A DNA stretch of 63,124 nucleotides, counting the filler, from Octopus bimaculoides (lineage: Eukaryota), in NCBI RefSeq assembly GCF_001194135.2. It is 4 parts of 4 records of this genome, joined end to end, with 100 filler letters (N's around TTAATTAATTAA, not from the genome) between each part and the next. Parts side by side here need not be neighbours in the genome. Positions count along the whole stretch, not along the records: positions 30,196 to 58,215 come from NC_068996.1; positions 58,316 to 63,124 come from NC_068992.1; 2 more parts are not named here. One strand, 5' to 3'. Of this stretch, positions 53,642-63,124 are shown piece by piece. The notes under the pieces are model-generated. The model made no database searches and was not told where the DNA came from. It was given only the letters and a program-made list of their open reading frames with translations. The first letter of the stretch is position 1. Every line of letters starts with the position of its first letter. The position numbers were made by a program, and so were the translations under genes.

Positions 53642-53700
53642 TAGAACAGCAGAAATAATGGGTAAATTACTCTAATTTACCCATTATTTCTGCTGTTCTA
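53642..53700. other. Perfect 28-bp inverted repeat with 3-nt loop
   Basis: tagaacagcagaaataatgggtaaatta-ctc-taatttacccattatttctgctgttcta. Confidence 0.97.
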
Positions 53701-53893
53701 ATGACATTGCTGCATTCGAAAAAATTTCACCTTTTTGTTTGTATCGTACAATACTCATTCGAACGCTTCTAATAAAAACAAGTGTAAACTTGTTTATTAC
53801 ACATACACACACACATATATGTGCGTTAAATAAAACGAGATAACAAGGTCAAGGTAGTGTGATATTTCAAGGACATTTATAAAGAGAAAGATA

Positions 53894-53941
53894 GTCTTAC
53901 AGCTGTTTCGGGGATTTACAAGATATCCCATCATCAGAGAC
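53894..53941 (-). ncRNA. Minimal type-I hammerhead motif (CAGCUG stem-III family)
   Basis: Minus strand: GUCU-CUGAUGA-UGGGAU(AUCUUGUAA)AUCCCC-GAAA-CAGCUG-UA-AGAC. The core is intact and the cleavage triplet is GUA, with a U.C mismatch or register shift at the base of stem II. Confidence 0.8.
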
Positions 53942-54000
53942 GATACGAGAGAGTTTCAACAGAAGGAAATAGTTGAGTTCATTATATATTTTTTGAACGC

Positions 54001-54025
54001 ATCGTCTCTGATGATGGGATGTCTT
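54001..54025 (+). ncRNA. 5' half of a second hammerhead copy, inverted relative to 53894-53941, cut by an assembly gap
   Basis: atcgtctctgatgatgggatgtctt matches the reverse complement of 53920-53944 at 24/25 positions. Confidence 0.6.
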
Positions 54026-54356
54026 NNNNNNNNNNNNNNNNNNNNNNNNNNNNNNNNNNNNNNNNNNNNNNNNNNNNNNNNNNNNNNNNNNNNNNNNNNN
54101 NNNNNNNNNNNNNNNNNNNNNNNNNNNNNNNNNNNNNNNNNNNNNNNNNNNNNNNNNNNNNNNNNNNNNNNNNNNNNNNNNNNNNNNNNNNNNNNNNNNN
54201 NNNNNNNNNNNNNNNNNNNNNNNNNNNNNNNNNNNNNNNNNNNNNNNNNNNNNNNNNNNNNNNNNNNNNNNNNNNNNNNNNNNNNNNTATATATATGATT
54301 GCCTGCTAAATCCACAAGTTTGTTTTATTCTCACTCTGTTTATTTCCTCTTGTTCA

Positions 54357-54390
54357 TTTCTGTTGAAGAGCATGGGCTCGAAACGTAAAA
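54357..54390 (+). ncRNA. Minimal type-I hammerhead motif with variant core CUGUUGA
   Basis: UUU-CUGUUGA-A-GAGC(AUGG)GCUC-GAAA-C-GUA-AAA, within a ~180-bp repeat homologous to 19780-19995. Confidence 0.6.
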
Positions 54391-55269
54391 GACTTTCTCA
54401 CCTTCCCGAGCGTCAAACTAATGCACCTGTTTCTTGTTTATATACCTGTCTTCAACTTTTGCTTTCCAGTTACATATATATATATATAAGAACGAGTGCT
54501 TGCGTGGGCGCGTCTGTGTGCTTTAAAAGAGAGGTTAGAAGTATTACCTCTGACCTATGTTGGTCATACACTTGCAATGAAGATATTGATGTGATTGTTG
54601 CATAAACTGGTCTCCTAAAAGGCTTTATGGCCGTGACCATCTTGTCTATTACTAAAGGAAAAAAGTCATAATAATCTATCTTCATTTAATAAAACACATC
54701 TAATACATATTATTGGTGCTATTTAACTTCTGATCAATCCTGGTCCAAAACAGACTTGTGAGCAGAAAGAGGTATTCCAAATGTGACCATCGCATTTTTT
54801 ATTTGATATTTTCTGGTTATAATTTTCTGTTTCTATTTCAGACTCAGCGTTGTAATTTAGGAAAAATCTAACTGTTGTTTCTACAAGATCGATCGACCAT
54901 TTAGAGGTTCTCTGTTTGGTTCATTAATCAGAAATAGTTTGTAAGCGGACAAATCAAAACCTGTATGTATGTATATATATATATGTACGTATATATATGT
55001 ACGTGTCCATGTATATATGTGCGTGTTGCTGTGTGTAGATCTCCTGTGACACGACACCATATACAATGTCATTAATTTTGAATCCGATTATAGCCTAGCT
55101 ACCCACCCCACTCCCTTACCTATATTCTCTTCCCCTCTACCCGCAGGATTCTAAACATTGTTTTGATACACACCTGACCCTCGACAGCACCTACTGAACT
55201 TTTAAGGACAGCAGATAGGTTACAATCAAATATACATAATATTCATATTAGTACATATACACACACGCA

Positions 55270-55308
<39 letters not shown>

Positions 55309-55423
55309 ACACACACGCACGCACGCTCACACACACAGACACACACATGTATGTGTGTACGTGTGTAGATGGATGGATGGATGGATGGATGGATGGATGG
55401 ATGGATGGATACAGATATTTAGG

Positions 55424-55447
55424 GAGAGAGAGAGAGAGAGAGAGAGT

Positions 55448-55495
<48 letters not shown>

Positions 55496-55496
55496 A

Positions 55497-55527
<31 letters not shown>

Positions 55528-55772
55528 TAGAAAGAGAGACAGAAAGAGAGAAAGAGAGAGAGAAAGAGAGGGAGAGAGAGAAAGAGGGAGAGGAAGAGGA
55601 AGAGAGAAAGAGAGAGAGAAAGAGATAGAGAAAGAGATAGAGAAATAGAGAGAGAAAGATAGAAAGAGAGAGAGAGAAAGAGAGAGAAAGAGAGAAAGAG
55701 AGAGTGAAAGAGAGAGAGAGAAAGATAGAGAAAGATAGAGAAAGAGAGAGAGAGAGAGTGAGAAAGAGAGAA

Positions 55773-55860
<88 letters not shown>
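55424..55860. repeat. ~440-bp GA/GAAA polypurine tract
   Basis: Direct reading; almost pyrimidine-free. Confidence 0.95.
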
Positions 55861-55861
<1 letters not shown>

Positions 55862-56082
55862 ATCGTTTAGACATTCGGCGGAAGCCTGTCCCAAACCTGA
55901 CCACAGGCGATTTCTTCCAGAAGGAAAGAGTCACAGGCAGAAAGAACGAGTTAGAGAAAGAGAAGACTGGTACTTATTTATCGAACACGAAAGATTGCAA
56001 GGCAAACTGACATCGATGGGAATTGAACTCAAAGTGCAGAGAGCTACAACGACTCACCATAAAGCAATCTAACGACTCCGCT

Positions 56083-56125
<43 letters not shown>

Positions 56126-57026
56126 TTCTTTCTCTTTCTTTCTCTCCATCTACTTTCTTACCACTCACTCTCTTTCTCCCTCATTCCCCTTATACAAGCA
56201 TATGTAAATAAATATATATGTATATTATATATATATATGTATATTATATATATAAGTAATATATATGTGTGTAACAATTGTACAGTACATATAGACAGGC
56301 ACACACGCTTATATCTCATGTACAACAGAGAGTATTAAGAAAAAGGAGCAGGCATTAATTAATCCAGCTTCAATTTGCAAATACACTTAATGACGTCACT
56401 GTGCGTGTGTACTGTTATCAAACAGCATCACGTCTATTGCACTGCTTAATTAATTTATCTATGTGTTGCTATTCCAACAATGATTGATTATGTTCAATTA
56501 AAATGTAACGGTTGGATAATGAACATTGGGAACCCATTTCGTTTTAATCTCGTTATCTGGGAAATTGATGAAATAGGAGAAACATTTCCCGCACAAACTG
56601 CTGGGTGATGTGAGTTCAAATATGGCTGAGTTACTTTACATTCTATCCTTCCAGAGTTGATATGCTAGAATACCATTTAAACACTGGGGCTGATTTAACT
56701 AACTTCAATATTTCACTTGTACATTTTATAAAGAAATGCTGCTTATATTTAGGATGCGTTATAGAAATATTAATTCTTTTCCCAGAACTCTTAAATTCCC
56801 AGAATTCTTAAATTCTATCGACAACGGAAGAATAAGATGTAAAACTGAAACAGGCACAATTTGAAATTAGAATGAAGAACGACCGCAACTGAGTGTCACA
56901 GACAATTTCCCTGATGTTCCGGCAAATCTACCTGTCTAATAAATGCGCAGCACTTAGTTGTTTTATTGTATCGAAATGAGCACTACCTGACGTGTATGCA
57001 GTATTTAATAACAGAACTAATATTGT

Positions 57027-57240
57027 AAAATTACTCTACAGGCTATACGTAAAAGTGTCTTGTTACGGAGTTACTCTATGGAAATTACTCTACACGACAT
57101 ACTTGCAGCGAAATTACTCAATAGAAATCACTCTACATGGTATATACGCAGTACCTTGTGGTGATGTTATTCTATTGAAATTACTCTACATGGTGTGTAG
57201 GCAATATTTTTAGTGTTATTCTACTGGATATACTCTACGT
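57027..57240. repeat. Degenerate array of gaaattactcta(ca) words
   Basis: About 9 variants with irregular spacing. Confidence 0.7.
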
Positions 57241-57400
57241 ATGTGTGTACTGCCCGTCGAACAAGAAAAGCGCATACATTGTCTATGTGTGTTTGATAAT
57301 GTTTACAACACTGGCGCTGTTTCTAATTCATATTTGAATTTATTCCTATGTCATCATCTTCCAGGCATACCAGCAAATAGTTTTTACCCTATCTTGCATA

Positions 57401-58160
57401 TGTAGTGAAACCACCTCTCTCACGGTTATATATTTACAAATGCGAGCGTAGCAGAAAACAACTCTTTCCCGCCTGCTGTGTCATCACCTGACTGACTATT
57501 ATTTTCGCGGCATTTGTCTTCATCCGTTCGCCCTAGAACGCAAACCGACCAACCGTAGCCACTAATAAGGTCACGTGAGAGAGTGCTTTTCTGATGCTCT
57601 CTGGAGCCTATCTGTATCTATAAATAGCCGAAATTATCCGCGCCAATTCGTCGCGGCTCAGATCCTCACAGATCTGGTCGTTGACCACACACGCGTAACA
57701 CAGCACCAACCAGCCAGCCAGTTCCAGCGACGACATCAACAACCACTTCAACTACGTACTACTAGCACCGTTGCCAGCGTCAACACGACTCTACGTACAC
57801 AAGATACAAAACAGCCACCGCAGCTTCTCTTCTCAACCCTGTTTGTGCGAATCGCCTCACCACGAAATTAACAGCCAGAATTCGACACCTGCGAGGACCC
57901 ATCTGTATCAAGAATCCGGCCCGGCATAGAAGCCTCAACATCACGACAAGTGACTTAGCTCTGCCTAACGCCTCAACCTCTTACATACAGACCTACAATC
58001 TAACTGTGTACCTTAACAGAACTGGTATATTTCCTTATCCGTGTTACTGACTCTTATCTATACTCTGTAACTCTTACATACACATACATACATTTGTATA
58101 CACACTCTTCTGTTTACAGGACGGCCTGTCTTATATTATGTTTTATTATGTCGCATTCAC
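57401..58160 (+). mobile_element. Possible solo LTR
   Basis: Starts TGTAGTG, has tataaata ~220 bp in, is CpG-rich and non-coding, and ends near cattcaCA. No TSD, PBS or PPT found. Confidence 0.35.
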
Positions 58161-58315
58161 ACACACACAGACATACAGTTTAATCTTAATATATAAATCT
58201 GAAATTGTGTGTTTGNNNNNNNNNNNNNNNNNNNNNNNNNNNNNNNNNNNNNNNNNNNNTTAATTAATTAANNNNNNNNNNNNNNNNNNNNNNNNNNNNN
58301 NNNNNNNNNNNNNNN

Positions 58316-58387
<72 letters not shown>

Positions 58388-58461
58388 GCGTGCGTGCATG
58401 CGTGCGTGTCTGAGTGCGTGTATTGAGATATGTATATGTATATTATTTGATGACATACCAA

Positions 58462-58700
58462 GGCTGGGAGCTGGCGGAATCATGACCATGCCGGACACAA
58501 AAACATGCACAGAGTCATTTCCTCCGAATTTACGTTTTGGTTTTAAATTCCACCGAGATCGACTTCGCCTTTTATTCCTTTCGGGATCGTTAAAATAAAG
58601 TATCAGTTAAATAATGGAGTCGAAGTAATCGCCTAGCCCAACCCATCCCACACCACTTCACCACAAATTTTCAGGCCTTGTACCTATAGCAGAAATGATT
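58462..58700 (+). mobile_element. SINE family A, diverged
   Basis: gagctggcggaatc..aaattccaccgagatcgacttcgcctt..cctttcgggatcg. Confidence 0.8.
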
Positions 58701-58874
58701 GCTTGATACAGTACTTCTGTGAACTACACGTGAAAGAGATACACCAAAAAAATGCTGAAGTAAAAGTTAAAAATTTTCGGTGAAGAATTTTTAACCGGTG
58801 ACCTGATATGGATCTTGCATCACAAGTACATTGAGAAAAGAATGAAATAGCGAGAAAAGTGATTGTGTAAATGG

Positions 58875-59110
58875 TACAGCGCGTGGCCTAGTAGTTAGGG
58901 TGTTGCTCACAATATCGTGGTTTCGATTCTCGAACTGGGCGTGACATTGTACTCTTGAGAAAAAAAACGCTTCGTTTAAAGTTGCTCACTTCCAATCAGC
59001 TGGCGACGGACGTGCGCCCCGTTCTACGGGAGTGTTGTGATCTTGATCACTTATACGCTATTGAAATCAGTTGACCGGCTCTGTGAGTCCAAGGTCTCGA
59101 CACAGGAATG
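58875..59110 (+). mobile_element. SINE family C
   Basis: agcgcgtggcctagtagttagggtgtt..gtggtttcgattc..ttgtactcttgag. Confidence 0.8.
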
Positions 59111-60469
59111 TCCTGGAGTTGATTATGACGGATAGTACGGTCGGATTATAACCGAGACTTTACTATCTGCAGTTGAATAGTGTACCACTAAACTACATGT
59201 TGTGGAACACCTGTTTTTTTTTTTGTTTATGTATACAAATCAATAATATTGATTTCTATTACTATTCCAAAGCAACAGATGGAGAGGACATTGTCAATTA
59301 AAGAAACTTCAACGTTTGACAGGTGTTGTATTTCATTGACTAGCGTAATATTTATAAAGTTCCTGTCAAACTTCATAAGGGAAATAACTCCCAGTAATAA
59401 TTTTTATGAATTATGTCCCATGAATTGTTTTCATTTAGCGACTGCTATGAAAACGTGTAGTTTAGAGAATATCTGAGATCATGGAAACAGATAGTGGTCT
59501 GCACCAGCAAAAGTTGCTAATTTTCCTTTAGTTTTCCGCAACCTTTCTTCACCTGCGGTACATTTATATTCTTTTCAAACAATTTTATATTCATTACTTA
59601 GTTTCCAGAACATCAACACCTACCAGCAGATCTTTTCGGTTTGGCACATCTCCCTAAACCCCTAACCCTAAACCCTTATTCAACTCTAGCTCTAATCGAA
59701 AGAGAGTTTCAATTGGCTGCTACGGGAACATATACAAATAGCATATGTTTATTTATGTCCACCACTGTATTGCATATATAACGTTGCACCCACCCTCATA
59801 TATTTTATATATGGTGTATGTATGTCATTATTCAGTTTATTTCAAGATTTCTTGCCAATAGAGAAAGAACCAGTTTCTAACCTAGATTCAAGACTCCTTC
59901 ATTGGAATTTCAACAGCAACAAGATATTTCTGTTTGTTTTTGTGTATGTATGTATGTATGTATGTATGTATGTGCAGATTTGTATGTTTTATGTATGTAT
60001 TCTTATGCATATAGTTACATATCTAGACATGCTCATATATATTTAAATGATAAACTTCTGGAAAGTTTTACAGTTGTAAAGCAGCAACTAATTGAATCTA
60101 TGTAAAAAAAAAACTTTTTTTTTCAAAGAATTCGAAAGTGGAGTATCGAACTGAAAGCACCCTTATCTGCTCTTGAAAAGTCTAACCACATAGCTACATC
60201 ATCGAATTCGACAACAGAAACATTTTTTCGTCTGCTTCTGATATTCTTTTATACTTTTTAGCACTATACGTCTATGCGAGATGCTTCCTCGAGACGAATA
60301 TCACAGTTTCTTTGGCTTTCTACCATATATCCATATAAAGTAAGAAAGAAACAGAATGCCATTCATTTTTGGTAACCTCATTTTTGTCAAACCTGCATCC
60401 TTCCAAGAGAGTCAAAAGTTAATTCATCAGTCAAAATACTTAAATTATGCTACAACATTTAACCTTTCT

Positions 60470-60655
60470 GCCATATGCACAAGGCCTGAAATTTTGGGAG
60501 AGGGAGAAAGTCGATCACATCGACCCCAGTACGTGACTGGTACTTAACTCTACCGACCCCGAAAGGATGAAAAGCGAAGTCAACCTCGGCGGAATTTGAA
60601 CTCAGAACATAAAAACGAATGAAATACTGCTGAGCATTTTTGACCGGCGTGCTTA
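60470..60655 (-). mobile_element. SINE family A
   Basis: gcacaaggcctgaaattttggg..cgaccccgaaaggatgaaaagcgaagtcaacctcggcggaatttgaactcag. Confidence 0.9.
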
Positions 60656-60709
60656 CAAATAATTAAGTGAATGAGTTTAGGTCGCTAAAAATAAGGTTTT
60701 TAAGCAATT

Positions 60710-60781
60710 GGGGATATAGCTCAGTGGTAAAGCATTCAACTGCGGATCGAGAGGTCCTTGATTTGAACCCGTGTGTCCTCT
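60710..60781 (+). pseudogene. tRNA-Cys-derived pseudogene (anticodon now GCG)
   Basis: GGGGATATAGCTCAGTGGTAAAGCATTCAACTGCGGATCGAGAGGTCCTTGATTTGAACCCGTGTGTCCTCT is 72 nt and colinear with eukaryotic tRNA-Cys(GCA). The acceptor stem pairs, the T-arm/B-box is broken, and TTTT lies ~8 nt downstream. Confidence 0.85.
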
Positions 60782-60930
60782 ACTTAGCTTTTAATACTTT
60801 CTTTTTCTAGTATCTCTTTTGTTTTCAGTTGGAAGAAATTTTTGGCTTTTTCTTTTTTTTTTTGTCATTTTCATTGTTTGTTATTGTAATCACATGGCTA
60901 TTCTTTATTATAATATTAATAATAACATAA

Positions 60931-61180
60931 GGAGGCGCGTGGCTTAGTGGTTAGGGTGTCAGCATCATGATCGTAAGATTGTGGTTTCGATTCCTGGGCC
61001 GGGCGACGCGTTGTGTTCTTGAGCAAAACACTTAATTCTACGTTGCTCCAGTCCACTCAGCTGGCAAAAATGAGTCACGCTGCGATGGACTAGCGTCCTG
61101 TCCAGCTGGGGAAACCATACGCCATAGAAACCGGGAAACCGGGCCCATGAGCCTAGCTAGGCTTTAAAACGGGCACATTT
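60931..61180 (+). mobile_element. SINE family C (tRNA-Arg-like head), best-preserved copy
   Basis: ggcgcgTGGCTTAGTGGttagggtgtc..gatcgtaagattgtgGTTTCGATTCC (A and B boxes). The gatc..aagattg segment resembles tRNA-Arg, consistent with the tRNA-Arg-derived SINEs described in octopus. Confidence 0.88.
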
Positions 61181-61771
61181 ATTTATTTTTATTATGAAAT
61201 AATATAAGCCTGGATACGCTATGCTTGAAAATTAGAAGGAAGGGTTATTGCCAAAATGCTTTATGACATAGATCTCTTGGTTTAGGATTTGCTTAAAAGA
61301 CAACAACAGCTAACAGTCACATATTGAATAGAAATGTTTAACAGTTCATATCATTGAACTATACAATTCACACTTAAGTTTCTCGCAAATCTCAAAATCC
61401 CGTTTGATTTTAAAATAAAAATTGTAAAGAAAATCAGTAGGATACATTCGTGTTCGAACCGAAAATCTCTGAGCATGCTTGAGAAAACTATACCTCACTA
61501 ATGAGGCCAAATAATACCAAAGCATGTCTGTAGCCATCAACATAAAATTGGAAAATAACTCTGAGACATGTCAACAAGTCTCAGATTTATTCTTTAATAA
61601 TCAGGCACAAGGCTTGAAGTTTAAATGGAGGAGACTAGTCGATTACATTGGTACTTAATTTATTTATGCTATGTAGGCAATGCACTCATAGCTGGGTACT
61701 TGAGTGTCACCCTCTAGGTTCATCAGAACTTCAAACATGAAGTGCAGTTTATCTGGGGAAACATTTACATT

Positions 61772-62436
61772 TCTATATACACATAGAGAAGCATTGCCAA
61801 TTCAAAAGTGGACACGTTTGTAGGAAATTAAATTCAGGAGATTGCGAGGGAAGTTTGAATTTTGAAATTTGACATTTAGGTAAAGTTAATGGTCGGAGTC
61901 ATGTACTAGAATTAAAATTAAACTGGTGAAAGGCAGAAATCGTCAAAATTCACTCACAATAAAAATAATGAACTGATTTTGAAGAAAATTGACCCATGAG
62001 TAAAGTCAAGCACTTCGACATATGAAACATCGATTATTCATATAATGTATTGGGATCTAAAAGTCAATGGAATATTTTCATGTAAATGGTCACATGGATT
62101 CTATTTTATGACATAACCTTAACACTTTTCTTCGGATTTTGCTGATTTTGGACACGTTGATCAATTTTGTACAGAGGGTGGCATTAAGGGAGGAGAAATA
62201 AACAAACATCACTCTCAACTGGTGGAGGTACACGCAACAGTTTGACTGCGATTTCAGACGGTCCAGTATGTAGGAGTATGCCGAAAGCGTTAACCGTGTA
62301 AAATCCCTGTCGAACCAGACATAACATCTTAATGAGTAATAGTTGGCACAGGGAATGTAGGAGATTTCAATACAAGGTCAGATGTGGGCTTAACTTCAAC
62401 ACGGAAAACACGAGCAACGCCGGGTCCAACATCTAG
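61772..62436 (+). mobile_element. Candidate non-autonomous Helitron
   Basis: 5' tctatatac; 3' cacgagcaacgccgggt hairpin remnant followed by CTAG at 62433-62436. The flanks are not the canonical A/T. Confidence 0.45.
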
Positions 62437-63124
62437 CTTATCAGTAAGAAAAAAAGAGGGATAATAAAATATATCTGAAGTGAAGAACGAATATACAGTG
62501 CGCGTTTATGTGGCGAAAGACATTAAGTATACAAAAGAATGTCTATAAGACGTAACTCTGTAAGATTATTAGGAAGAGTTATTTCCCTTAAACAAATAAC
62601 TACGTTTCTGAATTTTTTGCAAGATTTTTTATATGAAACCGTGTGTTGATACGGATATTGTTCTACTTCATGATGATTGTTAAACACCTAAAATTATCCA
62701 AATGTTTTACTAGTAACCTCAATTACAATCGAGTCAAAGTTGAGGAAAAAATTCATTGTTACCCATATTTTAAACTCGTAACTTCGACAACAACAATGCT
62801 GATCAATTTTTATTCCAAAAAGCAATGCAACGGTACAAAATGATGATGCAAAGTAATGGTTTCAGGCAAGGAGAGGAAAAAGTAACGAGAAATCAGAAAT
62901 TACTTGTTTTATCTCCACTTCTGCATTTTGTATACCCCATCCCGCCTTTTTTTTTTTTTCTTTTTCAACATAATTGTAACGAAAGTCATCAAATCTTATG
63001 AGGAAACAAAATCGATATGCATGAAATATCTGCTCGACCCCCATTTAATTATTCATTTTCAAATTAAATTCCGAAATAATCATAATCTACACCATCTGAA
63101 ATATATTTGAAAATTTGGATCTTG

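Noticed and set aside
59660-59690. Telomere-like ccctaa words
   Set aside because: Only 3 imperfect units, too short to call interstitial telomeric DNA.

Overview
AT-rich, microsatellite-dense, gapped animal genomic DNA with no recognisable host protein-coding exon. Most ORF-track entries are read-through of N-gaps or microsatellites. The SINE repertoire and repeat style point to an octopus genome (inference). The window is a transposon graveyard. It holds three tRNA-derived SINE families, a mariner (D,D34D) and a Tc1 pseudogene, and Penelope-like (PLE) RT and GIY-YIG fragments. It also holds R4/Dong-type RLE LINE pieces, an RTE LINE, a CR1/L2-like 3' end, Helitron/HINE-like elements, a possible solo LTR and a tRNA-Cys pseudogene. 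The best signal not explained by the ORF track is seven minimal type-I hammerhead-ribozyme motifs in three PLE-associated sequence families. One has a fully intact core, two share an A6-to-U core change, and two form a divergent inverted pair. Other observations are a candidate degenerate HDV-like ribozyme, an RLE LINE sitting in a (CATA)n tract, several minisatellites born inside transposons, and perfect or long inverted repeats. All calls are by eye; no searches or folding programs were run.
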